Assembly: GCF_006345805.1 (NCBI RefSeq)
Contig: NC_043006.1
Span: forward strand, 67,518,001-67,582,000
Length of the DNA stretch: 64,000 bases
Origin: Octopus sinensis
Lineage: Eukaryota
Direction of reading: 5' to 3'
Part shown: positions 1 through 12,641 of the stretch, one piece after another
How the letters are laid out: each line of letters begins with the position of its first letter
Position numbering within the stretch: the first letter of the stretch is position 1
Position numbers and translations under genes: made by a program
The notes under the pieces: model-generated
The model's database searches: none
The model's input: the letters and a program-made list of their open reading frames with translations, nothing else
Told to the model about the DNA's origin: nothing

Positions 1-239
1 TTAGAAATAAGTGTACACAAATTAGTACACAAATTAGTAGCTCAAGTAGCTATTGTAATTATTGAGTATATAGACAGATTGATTGCTTGTCTTTCTGGGA
101 TTGGTCAAATTGATGTAGACACCTCTGATGAGAACACAATAGGATTCGACAATCAAATAAGGCTGTTTATTTTTTGTTTCAATCTACAGAAAACAGCTAA
201 ATTAGCCCTGTATATAAAAATACTATATAAGTTTCGTTG

Positions 240-672
240 GTGCAGGTGTGGCTGTGGGGTAAGTAGCTTGCTTGCCAACCACATGGTTTTGGATTCAGTC
301 CCACTGCGTGGCACCTTGAGCAAGTGTCTTTTACTATAGCCTCGGGCCGACCAAAGCCTTGTGAGAGGATCTGGTAGACGGAAACTGAAAGAAGGCCGTC
401 GTATATATATGTTTGTGTGTGTGTGTGTGTGTGTGCATGCGTGTGTGTGTGTTTGTGCGCCTGTGTTTGTGCCACACACGCGCACACACACACCATCGCT
501 TGACAACCGATGTTGGTGTGTTCACATCCCCGAAAATTAGTGGTTCGGCAAAAGACTCCGATAGAATAAGTACTAGGCTTACAAAGAATAAGTCCTGGGG
601 TCGATTTGTTCTACTAAAGGCGATGCTCCAGCACTGCCGCAGTCAAATGACTGAAACAAATAAAGAATAAAA
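240..672 (+). mobile_element. tRNA-derived SINE family A (CORE-like head, internal (TA)/(TG) microsatellite, conserved tail)
   Basis: tRNA-like head ending ...GGATTCAGTCCC, then CACCTTGAGCAAGTG (resembles the start of the CORE domain), a microsatellite and the tail ...CCGATAGAATAAGTACTAGGCTTAC...GCAGTCAAATGACTGAAAC. The same layout recurs at least 8 times in the window. Confidence 0.85.
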
Positions 673-1079
673 TAATATATGTGTGTCTGGGTATTGTGTA
701 CACAGCACATTCACAAGCACAAGTAGACAGACTTGTAGATTTCTTTTTAAAAAACAAGTCTAGAGTTGTTTGCTTAGAGAAAGCTATTTTTCGCTCTCTA
801 TGAATTTCTTGGTAACAAGCAGGAGCATTTGTTATGGTAGTAGAAATGTATGCACTTCGTTCAAAATTTGGATCTTGTGCTTAAAAAAATAAAACTCGTA
901 AGCCTGGGGTCTCGTAAAGCGGAACCAAATAAAGTGAGGTATTACTGTACAAAACTCCGGCGTTAGAATGTAGATAACAAATCAACGTAATGCTTTGAAT
1001 TTAAGTCTCGCATATTTTTACTGTTCCACCTATAGACTGCATTCGTGATATGTCCGCTAACTGTTTGATTCGAAAACGC

Positions 1080-1087
1080 TGTCTATC

Positions 1088-1147
<60 letters not shown>

Positions 1148-1203
1148 CTATCTATCTATCTACCCATCTACCTATCTATCTATCTATCTATCTATCTATC
1201 CAT
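1080..1203. repeat. (TATC)n microsatellite
   Basis: Direct inspection. Confidence 0.95.
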
Positions 1204-2562
1204 CCAAACACTTTCCTCTCTGGTCAATCTCTCATCAACTTCTTCAAGTATCACTTGAAAAGGAAAGTAAAAGTAGAGAGGCAAGTTTTGTCTAGCGAAT
1301 GCTTCAAAAAAAGATGCGTGAATGTAGCAAGGATGGCACGTATGAATGACGAAGCAACCTTGAGCATAATCCTATGAACCCAGAAAAATTTAAAACAGAG
1401 GGTTACTTACTTGCAAACAAATGTGTTAACATGTGACATTATTGACCGATGTTACCGTAGTCTTTTCCGTAGGCTTTCTTTCCACGGATAAACCTTATCT
1501 GCTTCCCGCTTTATACTTTACATCATGACATTTCTGTGCCCCCGTTATTCCAACATCTGACGGCCGTTTCGGGACGAGTTAATTCCAACCATAACAATCA
1601 TCTATATTTCTCTCATCAGAGTTAATCTAAAGGATTTATAAAAAAGTTATTTCATTTTTCTAATTCCTTATCACTGGAGTAGGAGCCAGTTTCTAGCCTA
1701 GAATTAAGGCCCTTTTCTTAGGTATCACTGTAAAGTGCCGTAGAAGGAAGACGAGCACAGTTTGACCTCGCAAAAGCAGATCTTTTGCTTGATCCTTTTC
1801 ACGTCAAAATTTATTTTCTTTCTGTAGAAAATTATATATCATATGAAAGTTCTCATGTAGTTTTGATCAAACCCCAACACTTACATATCATACAAGGATC
1901 CTTCAGCCACCCTCGTATTTCTACACATTCACAAAGTTCACCAGTTTGGGATGAGGGTTGTTTTTTGTTGAATTTTTTGCTTTTGTTTTGTTTTTTTAAA
2001 CTCCTGAACGGTGGCCTTCGTTCTAGTTTAATGCATTGGAGCACTATAACATGATTTGTGTTGAAAATCATACAGTTGAAAAGGACTGTTTTTGTTTTAT
2101 TTTGATATAAAAATCGATGGGAGTAGGTCAGATAATCGTTATGAAATATACAAGTGAAAATTTGATCGTTAATTTTCACTTAAAAAAGAACATATTTTCT
2201 TCAAGATTTTTTTTTATATCATAAGAAAGAAATACTTTCTCATGAATTCAATGTGGCCATTAACGAATCTGGCGATGACATAACGAAAAGGCGCAAAGTA
2301 AATAAAGAGGGTGGTATACAGAAGTCAAACAGAACACGAATCTAAGGCTTCAAATATCGAGTTTGAGCGAAAATTTCAAGAAATGGATGAACTAATAGCT
2401 AAGTAAGTATATTTCTAGCATTAAATTGGGGAGCATAAGTTTTCTAGAGCCCAAAATCAGCATGGACTCGTCGTATTGGGAATGTTGTTTATTTCCTCTC
2501 GCTGTTTTAACAATGTGCGGAGTCCGCTGGGCCAACCGAGCAGATATACTTGCACTTGTAAA

Positions 2563-2793
2563 GGCGGCGAGCTGGCAGAATCGTTAGCACGCCGGGCGAA
2601 ATGCTTAGCGGTATTTCGTCGGCCGCTACGTTCTGAGTTCAAATTCCGCCGAGGTCGACTTTGCCTTTCATCCTTTCGGGGTCGATTAAATAAGTACCAG
2701 TTACGCACTGGGGTCGATATAATCGACTTAATCCGTTTGTCTGTCCTTGTTTGTCCTCTCTGTGTTTAGCCCCTTGTGGGTAGTAAAGAAATA
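2563..2793 (+). mobile_element. tRNA-derived SINE family B (central domain resembles the MetaSINE 'Meta' domain)
   Basis: GGCGGCGAGCTGGCAGAA...GAGTTCAAATTCC (A/B-box-like), then GAGGTCGACTTTGCCTTTCATCCTTTCGGGGTCGATTAAATAAGTACCAG. Many copies in the window. The Meta-domain assignment is from memory. Confidence 0.8.
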
Positions 2794-2985
2794 TATCCTT
2801 GTACATGTAAATATCGTTTTCCTTTGCGAAATATTGGTCAAAGTTAGCCAATAGAAATTATATTGTGCAATGAATATTGTTTTGTAGACTCGCAAGGTCC
2901 GATGTAATGTTTTTTTCTGATTTTAAATACAGTCGGATAATTTGTGATAGTATTTGCATATTCATTTTGGGTTTCTCTCTCTCCT

Positions 2986-3033
<48 letters not shown>

Positions 3034-3651
3034 TCTCTCCCGCTAACGAGTTTGCTGTAAGCCACAGATGTTTTCAATGCCTTTGATTTATTCTTTTAAT
3101 GCTAAAGCAAAGAATTAGTTTTCACATTTTGTTTGTGTTTTTAATCTAGGTTTACATGTAGGTCTGAGAAAGGTATCTGGTGGTGATGGAATGTGCTTGA
3201 AACAATAGCTAAATCTTCCTTAAATCACACACCTTTTCATTTGAAAATATTTTCTATTTTTTTTACTGGAAACACAAGACCCGGGAATTCACAGTGCACA
3301 TCAAGGCAACACAGCAGAACGGACAACCTTAGAATCACTAGGGCCATCCTCATACACTAAGACAAACCAATTATAAACAACAGGAGAGAGTTACAGGAAG
3401 CTAGCTGGTTGCTATAGCAACACATTTCCGTGCATATCCACTTCACAACGCTCACACACAAGCACATCGGCAACATTCGTTAATTTCTTGAAAATGGGGT
3501 CATAACCCCAAAATATTGACTACAAGGTAAGTCTACATTGATTCATATATTTGTTTTCTTGTGATTTGCCTTGCATTAACTTCGCATTGTTCTGGCCTTA
3601 CCCACAATCCTTTATACAATATATTCTATACAGTGCTTCAGAGTAATTATT

Positions 3652-3652
<1 letters not shown>

Positions 3653-3692
<40 letters not shown>

Positions 3693-3904
3693 TGTATACA
3701 CATACATGCATACATACATACATATATATATTAATGTGTATATGTATGTATTTATTATATGCATAAAACACGTGTATATATATATATATTAATGTCTATA
3801 TGTATGTATGTATTTATGTATACACATACAAACATACAAATATATATATAAATTAATATATACGTATATATGTATGTATGTATTTATGTATACACATACA
3901 AGCA

Positions 3905-3945
<41 letters not shown>

Positions 3946-3975
3946 AGAGAGAGAGAGAGAAAGGGAGAGAGAGAT
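3653..3975. repeat. Compound (TA)n/(TACA)n/(GA)n microsatellite
   Basis: Direct inspection. Confidence 0.9.
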
Positions 3976-4146
3976 AAATAGATAGACAGCATCTATGGCA
4001 ATTCTTATACTAAAGACAAAATATTTTGAACATTTTTGTAGCTTTTCTTCTCATTTTTTCCTCTATTTCCTTTTCTCTTTCTTTCCCTCTTTTTTATTCC
4101 TCTTCTGCACCTCATTTTCCTAATCAAAATTTTTTATCATATCTGT

Positions 4147-4166
4147 GTATCTGTGTGTGTGTGCGC

Positions 4167-4221
<55 letters not shown>

Positions 4222-4300
4222 ATGTATGGACGATGGATGGATAGCAGGATGAATGGATGTTTGCATGTTTGCTTTTTTGATGTACATATATGTGTATATG

Positions 4301-4344
<44 letters not shown>

Positions 4345-4357
4345 CATATATATATAT

Positions 4358-4424
<67 letters not shown>

Positions 4425-4433
4425 TATATACAT

Positions 4434-4498
<65 letters not shown>

Positions 4499-4710
4499 CA
4501 TATATATATATTATATATACACAGACAGATACATAAGTGTGTGTCTATATATATATGTGTATGTGTATATATATATAATATATATATATATGTATGCATG
4601 TATGTATATATATATACATATATATATACATATATACATATATATATATACATATATACATATATATATATACATATATGTATACACATACATGCATACA
4701 TACATACATA

Positions 4711-4785
<75 letters not shown>

Positions 4786-4810
4786 TTATATATATATATT
4801 GTATATATTT
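4147..4810. repeat. (TG)n followed by an approximately 520-bp (TA)n-rich tract
   Basis: Direct inspection. This tract is the source of the many Y/I-rich ORFs in the track. Confidence 0.95.
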
Positions 4811-5099
4811 GATAGTCTATGTTCATTAGAGACGTCAACCTTTCAGCGGACTCGTAATTGGAATTCCGACGGCGTCTCGTTCCGAATGGTTTGTTAAGAC
4901 AATAGACCAATTTAGAGATGGCCGAAAGCTAAATGTTTTCTTTAATAACCACTGAGTGTTTGCAAAATAATCGAGAACGTGGGATTTCATAAAATAGCGT
5001 GTAAACAGAAAAATAACAGCAGCGAAATTTTATAACGATGAATAATTCTCTAAAAGAGGGTAACTTCCGATGACTACTCGCGAAAACCCCGCTAAATTA

Positions 5100-6760
5100 C
5101 GGTCATTCTGACTACTTGGTTAAGATCCCGCTCTCCTTTCTTCTGGTTCAATCTACGGGTTCGTGCTCAGAACAAGACCATTCCCTCGGATCATCTTTGC
5201 CACTCCTTTTTCAGCTTTCAACTAATTTTCAAAGAAAGCAGCACTTCGCTTATTGCTCTTTTTGGGGTAACTTTCTCTCGCCCCATTTCAGGGTGTACAG
5301 CCCTCCCTGCTCGTTACTTCGTCCCAGTTTTATTTCTGCTTGTAGATCTGGACCGACCAATCCAAACACTGATTAATTTAACCGTTCCGTCCGTTCTGAC
5401 ATAGTTCTTCTAAATCCTAGTTCGCGTTGGATGCCCCTTCCCCACCTCAACGTTTCCAGTTTCCACAGCGGTAACCCCAGAGTCAGTACATACGTAAAAA
5501 AAACAGAGACCAATCTTAAAAGACCAAGTGCATAAAGATTAAAAGTTCCCATAGGTAATCATTCACTCTAACCATTAACCAGATGTCATTGTACACTGCA
5601 CGGGAGCCAGCCGCGGAACAGGGACCGAAACCAGCTGCCTTCAGGACAGTCTCCAAATAATGGTGGCGGATCCTATTGAAAGCTTTCGAATGATCTAAAC
5701 TAACCAAGGCCCCCACCCGTTTCATGTTCCTTAACCATTTCTGTGATGTATCTCATGAGGCTGAGGTTGTCGTGGATAAATTTGTTTGAGAGGACGCGTG
5801 TCTGCGCGTCACATCGACATTCAACGCCAACCTCTTTTCTAACACTTCAGCCAAAATTTTGAAAACCTGCATTCAGTAGAGTTATGGGCCGAATGTTGTC
5901 AATGTAATTCCCTTGTGTACATCCTTTTTCAACAGTGCCGCTTCTCCTCAACTTATAGAACGGGGGCTCCCATTTTGCTTTCAATTTCGGTAGATATCTG
6001 ATAAAGGGTCTCTAAACAAGTCTGGCTGCATGTAAAAGTGGAGATCGAAGAGCCGATCATCCACACCATGAAACTTGCTCGCAATGCGGCCAAACCATCG
6101 TTTCCTGCGTGTACGTGGCTGTTATCAGCTTTTCGCAACACTCCACCTCTCGTACCGAGAATCATGGCTAGCCGTCGAGACAGGCACTGAAATCCATTCT
6201 GCAAGATATGCACGATCATCTTTGTCCTGAATGGTAAGTTGATGGTTTTGGACGTGGACAGAAGCAAAGGTGGTTGGCACTACTGTAAAAGAATACGAGG
6301 CTGTGGCAGGAGCAGAAATTAACCAGGCGAAGTCTTTGGGCCTGCAAGTCTGAACCTGAGCAGGAAGATCCGCGCCATCCAACAGCATCGTAGAGCGCAG
6401 GGCAGAAGACTGATTAAATTACTCGCGGTTTGGTTTGGTTTGGCCCTGACCTCTAGGTGGATAAGAACTAGGAAGACTTGACGAACAACTTGAAGAATCT
6501 CGATGACAATCAACTATGTGGTTGTTTCCAAAGACATTCAGACCGTGATCCATGGATAATTTCCAGAATTCCATATCCTTCCTGGAGACATTACCAGTTC
6601 TGGATAAACTCTATAGGCATCGTAGTGCCGTCAGCTGGGCATGCTTGAAATGTGCGTAGAACGACGAAACTGACCTGCACACGTTCGAACAACGCTCGAG
6701 CATTGCCAGCTTATAAAATAATATCGAACAGCAATTGAGGACGGATCTGGGTATCGGTCA
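5100..6760 (-). mobile_element. Degenerate Tx1/L1-clade LINE ORF2 (end of endonuclease plus RT), with frameshifts and internal deletions
   Basis: Minus-strand peptides: NIRPITLL (RT domain 1-like), IHDNLSLMRYI, GALVSLDHSKAFNRIRHHYLETVLKAAGFGP (LDxxKAFDRV..L..GFG motif), GPDLQAE and WGERKL. The YADD region appears to be deleted. Confidence 0.85.
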
Positions 6761-6819
6761 ATTCCATTGTGAAGATCATCACACTACCTTCTTTTAACCG
6801 AGAAGAGCCGACAGCTTTC

Positions 6820-7188
6820 CTCTATTTGGTGGGCTGGCGAAAGGTTTTTATACCATTTTTTACCTATGGACCCCTTCGATTACTATTTTATTCTGGTGGG
6901 CCTCCATAGCCATTCGATGTTTAAAAACTAGTTTTAGAAATATTTCTTTCAAAATTACTATTTTATTTTTCCCCCTTTAACTTGTGTAGGTTGAATTATG
7001 TAAAATGTTAGAGAAAGAAACCCAGCTGTTTCTTGCAATACATACCAATACATACATGTAAAGGAACATTTTTTCAGGGGCCCCTTAAAATACTACTGTG
7101 GATCCCAATTTATTATTTTGTTATGTGAACCCCAAAAAATCTTATATGGACCCTCGGGAGCCGTATGACCTCAGGTTGAGAACTATTG
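6820..7188. mobile_element. hAT-like MITE remnant
   Basis: The right end GGTTGAGAACTATTG resembles the CAGTGGTTCTCAACC-type hAT TIR. Related ends occur at about 34360 and 38692. Confidence 0.5.
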
Positions 7189-7659
7189 TTTTAGATGGTG
7201 GAACGGCTGAAAGGGCTGAAAACAGACACCCTCCTTTTCGACCAAACCCTCTTCAACTTTTTTTTAATTCAGCTTGGAAAGGAAAGTGAGGATGGAGAAG
7301 GTGGTGTTGCCGCCCAAATAAATTTGTAAAAAGATGGCTGAATGTAGCGAGAATGACCCGAGAGTTTGAATCTACTCTAAGTACTGGTCTGTTAACTGAA
7401 AGTATGGGGAGAAAAATACTTGCCATGGCACTACCGATGAACAGGGTGACCGGGGATATGTGGAGCGACTTGGTTACACCCGGGTGGATTATACCATCCA
7501 CCCATCCTTATATGGGAATTTTGATTTTAGAATTACTTTGCTAATTGTTATTGTTTTTTTTTTTTTTGTTTTGTTTATTTGGGGAAACAATTGTTTTTGA
7601 AAATTCCCAGTTCTTGCCTGTTTAACGTCCTGAATATTATCATGGTTCTTGTGGCTAAT

Positions 7660-7713
7660 AAAGAAAGAATCATCATCATCATCATCATCATTCATTATTA
7701 TTATTATTATTAT

Positions 7714-7744
<31 letters not shown>

Positions 7745-7820
7745 ATTATATTATTATTATTATTATTATTATTATTGTTGTTGTTGTTGTTGTTGTTGTT
7801 AATATTGTTATTATATTATT

Positions 7821-7862
<42 letters not shown>
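7660..7862. repeat. Compound (CAT)n(ATT)n(GTT)n trinucleotide tract
   Basis: Direct inspection. Confidence 0.95.
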
Positions 7863-7863
<1 letters not shown>

Positions 7864-7864
<1 letters not shown>

Positions 7865-8215
7865 GGCGGCGAGCTGGCAGAAACGTTAGCACGCCGGGCG
7901 AAATGCTTAGCGGTATTTCGTCTGCGTTACGTTGTGAGTTCAAATTCCGCCGAGGTCGACTTTGCCTTTCATCCTTTCGGGGTCGATAAATTAAGTACTA
8001 GTTACGAACTGGGGTCGATGTAATCGACTTAATACCTATGTCTGTCCTTGTTTGTTCCCTCTGTGTTTAGCCCCTTGTGGGTAATAAAGAAATAGGTATT
8101 TCGTCTGCCGGTACGTTTTAAGTTCAAATTCAGCCAAGGTCGACATTGCTTTCCATCCTTTCGGGGGTCGATAAATTAAGTACCTGTTACACACTGGGTC
8201 GATGTAACCGATTCT
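7864..8215 (+). mobile_element. SINE family B, one full copy plus an adjacent partial copy
   Basis: Matches the sequence at 2563-2793. Confidence 0.85.
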
Positions 8216-8436
8216 TCCCCCACCCCCCCAAAAAAAATTGTGACAAAACTTGAAACTATTATTATTATTATTGTTGTTGTTGATGTTATTATTATTATTA
8301 TTATCATCATCATCATCATCATCATTATGATCGTCATATCATCATCATCCTTATTATGCATTTATATATGTATAAGGTAGTTACCCCTCCGAATTACAAA
8401 AAGGAAAAAGATGGAAGTATATACATACAAGCAAAC

Positions 8437-8475
<39 letters not shown>

Positions 8476-9189
8476 TAAGTCGATTATATTGTCTGCCGTC
8501 TACGGGCAAAACAACGTCACAATGAAATGAAAAATTCAATATACATATATAATTCTAAAACAGTTAGTAATAAAACACCAGGTAGCTATACTATATTTAG
8601 ATGAGAAGAATAAGGAACAACACCGCCTGTTGTTTTTCTTATATAAGTCTTGGAATTGTGTTTACCGATTTTTAATTCCTTCATGTCATTATGTTTGCCT
8701 TTAGACTATAGACAATGCAAATTTACTTCATTCGGTGCCCTCGCCCCCACCCGCCCCACCCTTATAGGATATATTGTATTTCTGCTGTTGAGGTGATGGA
8801 GGTAGTGGCGACGGTGACGGGCAGTGATTGTGGCGGCGGCGGCGGAGATAGTAGTGTTGCTGCTACGGCTGCAGGTGATGGTGGTGGTGGTGGTGGTGGT
8901 GGTGGTGGTTCTTTACTTTCTGAATTTAATTCCCGTCAAGATCGACATTTGCCTTTCATCCCTTCGAGATCGATAAAATATCGTGCTTGTAATGGGCTGA
9001 GATCAATGATATCCTCTCACCGCCTCTTCTCTTCTCGCTGGCTTTGTGCACAAGTTGCAAATCATTATCATTGTTGTTGTTGATTCGGCTCTTTAGGTCC
9101 TGGGTTCAATCTCACCAAAGCCGACTTTATCTTGTAATCGTTGTTCTTGCTCCTGTTCTTATACTTGTTCCAGCTGGCGAACTGAACAA

Positions 9190-9350
9190 GAGCTGGCAAG
9201 TGGCCTACTACTATGGGTGCCTAAGCATGGCCACACTCGAACAGGTTGTCCGAACACAACGTTTATAGATCAACACCCTCCCCCAGGGACACTGGATGCC
9301 TCCCCCAAAGACTTCCTTAGACTAATGCAAGACCGAGATGAATGGCCCGT
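9190..9350 (+). mobile_element. RTE-clade LINE 3' fragment
   Basis: Translates to ELASGLLLWVPKHGHTRTGCPNTTFIDQ and, downstream in a shifted frame, LMQDRDEW. This resembles the RTE C-terminal LLW.PKHG..GRP..T(Y/F)IDQ...DRDEW motif. Confidence 0.7.
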
Positions 9351-10111
9351 GCAGGTTCATAATATCGAATAAGCTCGATCGGATGATGAAAAATGGATAT
9401 TTTTAATGAAATTTTCTACATTTCCAAATGAAATTATTGGCGCAGGAGTGGCGTGTGCTAAGAAGTTTGCTTCCACTACGCATGTGCGAATAATTGTGGT
9501 GTTCGGCACCAAAGCGGTAAGACATGCTTTTGAAGCCGTCTCGAATTGAAACATTTTGAAGCTCCATTGTAAGGTAAGATTCTGCTTTTGGGGTCCAGTG
9601 GGAATTTTTGTTGAGAATTGTTTTTGTACAGGTAGGAAGTCCTACTGGATTCAGAATTCTGGTTCTGCCTGCATGGAGCGAATATTTTTTCTCGCTGAAT
9701 TGTGAGAATTTTTGTTTGGGGCGTATTCATCTCCAGTTTATGTTGAGTGAATATTTTTCTCACTTAATTATGAGAATTGTTGCTTGAAGGAGTATTGTGC
9801 CTTTTGAAGAATTTTAAAATAATTGTGAAAACTGCTATTTGAGGGAGTGTCTTTGCCTCCGAAGATTGAACAATTTGCATATCAATTTTTGTGGAAGTTG
9901 TGTTCCAGTTGTGGCGTTTCGGGTTCAACCTAGGCCGGGAGTACCGAATGGCCGGAAGATTTTATTTGCTGTGTTTCTGAACTATTGACTTTCTTTCTTC
10001 TAAACTTTATTTGACTTTCTTCTTTTTGGTTATTGTGTATTTCTTTTGATTTCTTTTCTCTCCTCTCTTTTTAAGTTTTATTTTGAACATATTTTTTAAA
10101 AAAAGGGAAAC

Positions 10112-11370
10112 ATGGCAATGAAAAAAAGATAAGGTTTTGGAGTGGGAGATTATACCGCACAAAAAGTGGTTGAAAGACAGTGAAGATAGAACGGTGCTGT
10201 TGAGAACCTACTTCAAGTCACTCGACACCATCGCCCTATTCGAAAAGACAGCAATTGAAAAGGAGTTGGCAGAGTATTTGCCAACAATTAAATTCATTTC
10301 CAGGAGTGTCAAATACGCAACGGTGTGGTTGCTATTTGACACCCCTGAAATGACTCACAAATTTGCGAGTCAGCCCTTGGAGGGTGACGAAATTTTTTTT
10401 TCTCCCCACGTATTGTGGGAGGAGGTTGACGAAAGCTTGGGTCTGCGGGTTTCCACCCGGGAAAAAACCCGAGTGGATAGAGAAGAATATCCGCCGGGTT
10501 CTGGGTAGCAATGGGACCAAGCTTCTTAATGTGAAAGTTCTTCCTGCTGCTGATTGGGTTGGGTCAAAAGCTGTTTTGACCCTTTGGACCCAATCAGCCA
10601 ATCTGGTTTTTCCAGATTTTTTGAAAATGGCCGGGTGCAGGGACCCAGTGATTCTTGAGGGTCCCCCCCCCCCCAGGTGTCATTGGTGCCTGGAGTCCGG
10701 CCATATAAAGAAAAACTGTCCCCAGGAACAAAATAAGAGTTGTTGAGTGACACCTCTGTAGAAGAGGGAATGAAGGCGGCCGAGGAGGTGGAGGGCTCCT
10801 CAAACAGGGGCCGCCAGAGGATGAAGGTGAGCAACAATGGGTGCTCACCGAAGGATCCTAAGGATGAGGAGGGGAAGGCGAATCTCCCGGTCACGGAGGA
10901 GACTCACCCTTCCTCAGTTGAAAAGAAAAAAAAGAGGAAGAGAAACGGGACAATGCCGGCAGTCGGTGACGTAGTACCGGAATGTCCCGGAACTACGTCG
11001 GTTGGGGTTGTGCCACCGGCAGGAGAAGAAACACCATTGGCAGGAACTGTGCCGCCAACGGAAGAATTGGATATCCCACCCCCGGAGGAAGACGAATTAT
11101 TTGTCTTCTTCTATAGAGGCGGAGAGGTTGAAAAGGTGGTGGAAAAGCACCATAAGAGAGCACCTTTAGCCTTCACACAGGATCCTGAATAGCCTCCGCA
11201 GATAGCTGTGGAGGTCATAACGTTTGACGTGACGTTTAGGCTGAAGGGGCTCAATGAGGAATATCGCTTGTACCCGGGCGACGCCGACACGGAACCCGCT
11301 TCGATCTTGAATGAGGCGTGGAGGATGGCGGAGGATGCGGGCACAAGTGATGTTGAGGGTGAGTTATAAA
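10112..11370 (+). pseudogene. Tx1/L1-like LINE ORF1 (gag-like, with CCHC zinc knuckle), frameshifted
   Basis: Track ORFs 10137-10508, 10363-10746 and 10740-11192 join into one protein. The knuckle CHWCLESGHIKKNC (C-x2-C-x4-H-x4-C) is at 10678-10719. Removing one base from the A-run at 10121 restores MAMKKDKVLEW from the ATG at 10112. Confidence 0.75.
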
Positions 11371-11760
11371 TTATGGCACTGTGTGATACAAACATTTGAT
11401 AGTAGGCACTTCGCCTTCTTTCTGAACTCCCGGCTGTCAACGTGGTCTGCTCTGCAGGCGGCTAGATATTTGACTGGGGGTCCGGAAAGAGGAGGAAGGG
11501 AAAAGTGATAATGTATTTTGGATGCTTGATTGACTTTTTGATTTTTATCTAAGTGTAGGGCCTCCATGGCCAATTTGATAAAATAAAAAAGCTTGCTTCC
11601 TGGAGGGAGGAGCCCATGCCCTGGACACAGGACGAGGAGTGGCCTTCGCAGGTGACTACGAAGGTCATATCGGATGTCGCTATGGTCAGGGTAATGAACA
11701 CCTTCTCAAAGGACATGTTTAGATACACCTGGGGCCCCGACCTAGGGCTGGTGCATTGCC
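11371..11760 (+). mobile_element. Remnant of the Tx1 ORF2 APE endonuclease downstream of ORF1
   Basis: VVC(+1)LQAAR resembles VVCLQETR, and LDTPGAPT*GW resembles LDHP..P.WTW. Heavily deleted. Confidence 0.45.
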
Positions 11761-12087
11761 TAAGGGAAGCGTAAGCCAGGTCTGGGAGGAGGGGCTTTGT
11801 GTATTGTATTTATATATATTATATGTAATTATTGATCTATGTTGTTGTTTGTAATAGACTGCTAAGTCCAAAAATTGAGAAGTTGTAAAAGTTGTAAGAG
11901 GTTTAATACCTCGTTTTATGTTTGGTTTTAAAGTACAATATATCAGAGGAGCAGAAGTTGGCGGGCGCTTTTTGTCTTCTCCCATCCTTATCTTTCTTTC
12001 ATTATCATTCATTTCATTAATGTCCTTGTCCAGCCCGCAAAGCTGCTTTACTCTATGTACAGCCTTTATGGCAAATGTAATGAAATA

Positions 12088-12458
12088 AAGAAGCTTGCTT
12101 ACTAACCACATGATTCCGGGTTCAGACCCACTGCGTACCATCCTGGGCAAGTGTCTCCTACTATAGCCTCGCGCCGACCAAAGCCTTGTCAGTGGATTTG
12201 GTAGACGGAAACTGAGAGAAGCCCGTCGTGCATATGTCTGTGTCTGTGTGTGTGTTTGTGTGTATGTGTCTGTATTTGTTCCCCCACCATCGCTTAACAA
12301 CAGACGTTGGTGTGTTTACGTCCCCGTAAATTAGCTGTTCGGCAAAAAGAGCCCGATAGAATAAGTACTAGGCTTACAAAGAATAAGTCCTGGAGTCTTA
12401 TTTGACTAAAGGCAGTGCTCCAGCATCGCCGCAGTCACATGACTGAAATAAGTAAAAA
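12088..12458 (+). mobile_element. SINE family A
   Basis: Same head, microsatellite and tail as 240-672. Confidence 0.85.
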
Positions 12459-12641
12459 AGTTCAAGAATAAATACTTTTGAGTCAACTTAGCCGTTCATC
12501 CTTTCGAGATCAACATAATCGTCTCAAAAGTATTTGTAGAAATTTTCATTTTAAAATATCCATTTTTTTAAAAAACTTGGAGAAAATAAATTGAGGACGC
12601 CTTATATATATTTACTGAGCGCTTGGGTGCAATTAGACAGA

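Noticed and set aside
2300-2408. Short frame ending at a perfect GTAAGT donor (…FQEMDELIAK)
   Set aside because: There is an in-frame stop just upstream, no polypyrimidine acceptor and no recognisable homology.
4120-4910. Many long ORFs rich in Y/I/H/T/C/V here and at 13495-14244, 26465-27537, 53091-53571 and 55156-56623
   Set aside because: They are translations of (TA)n, (CA)n and (TACA)n microsatellites, which lack stop codons by construction.
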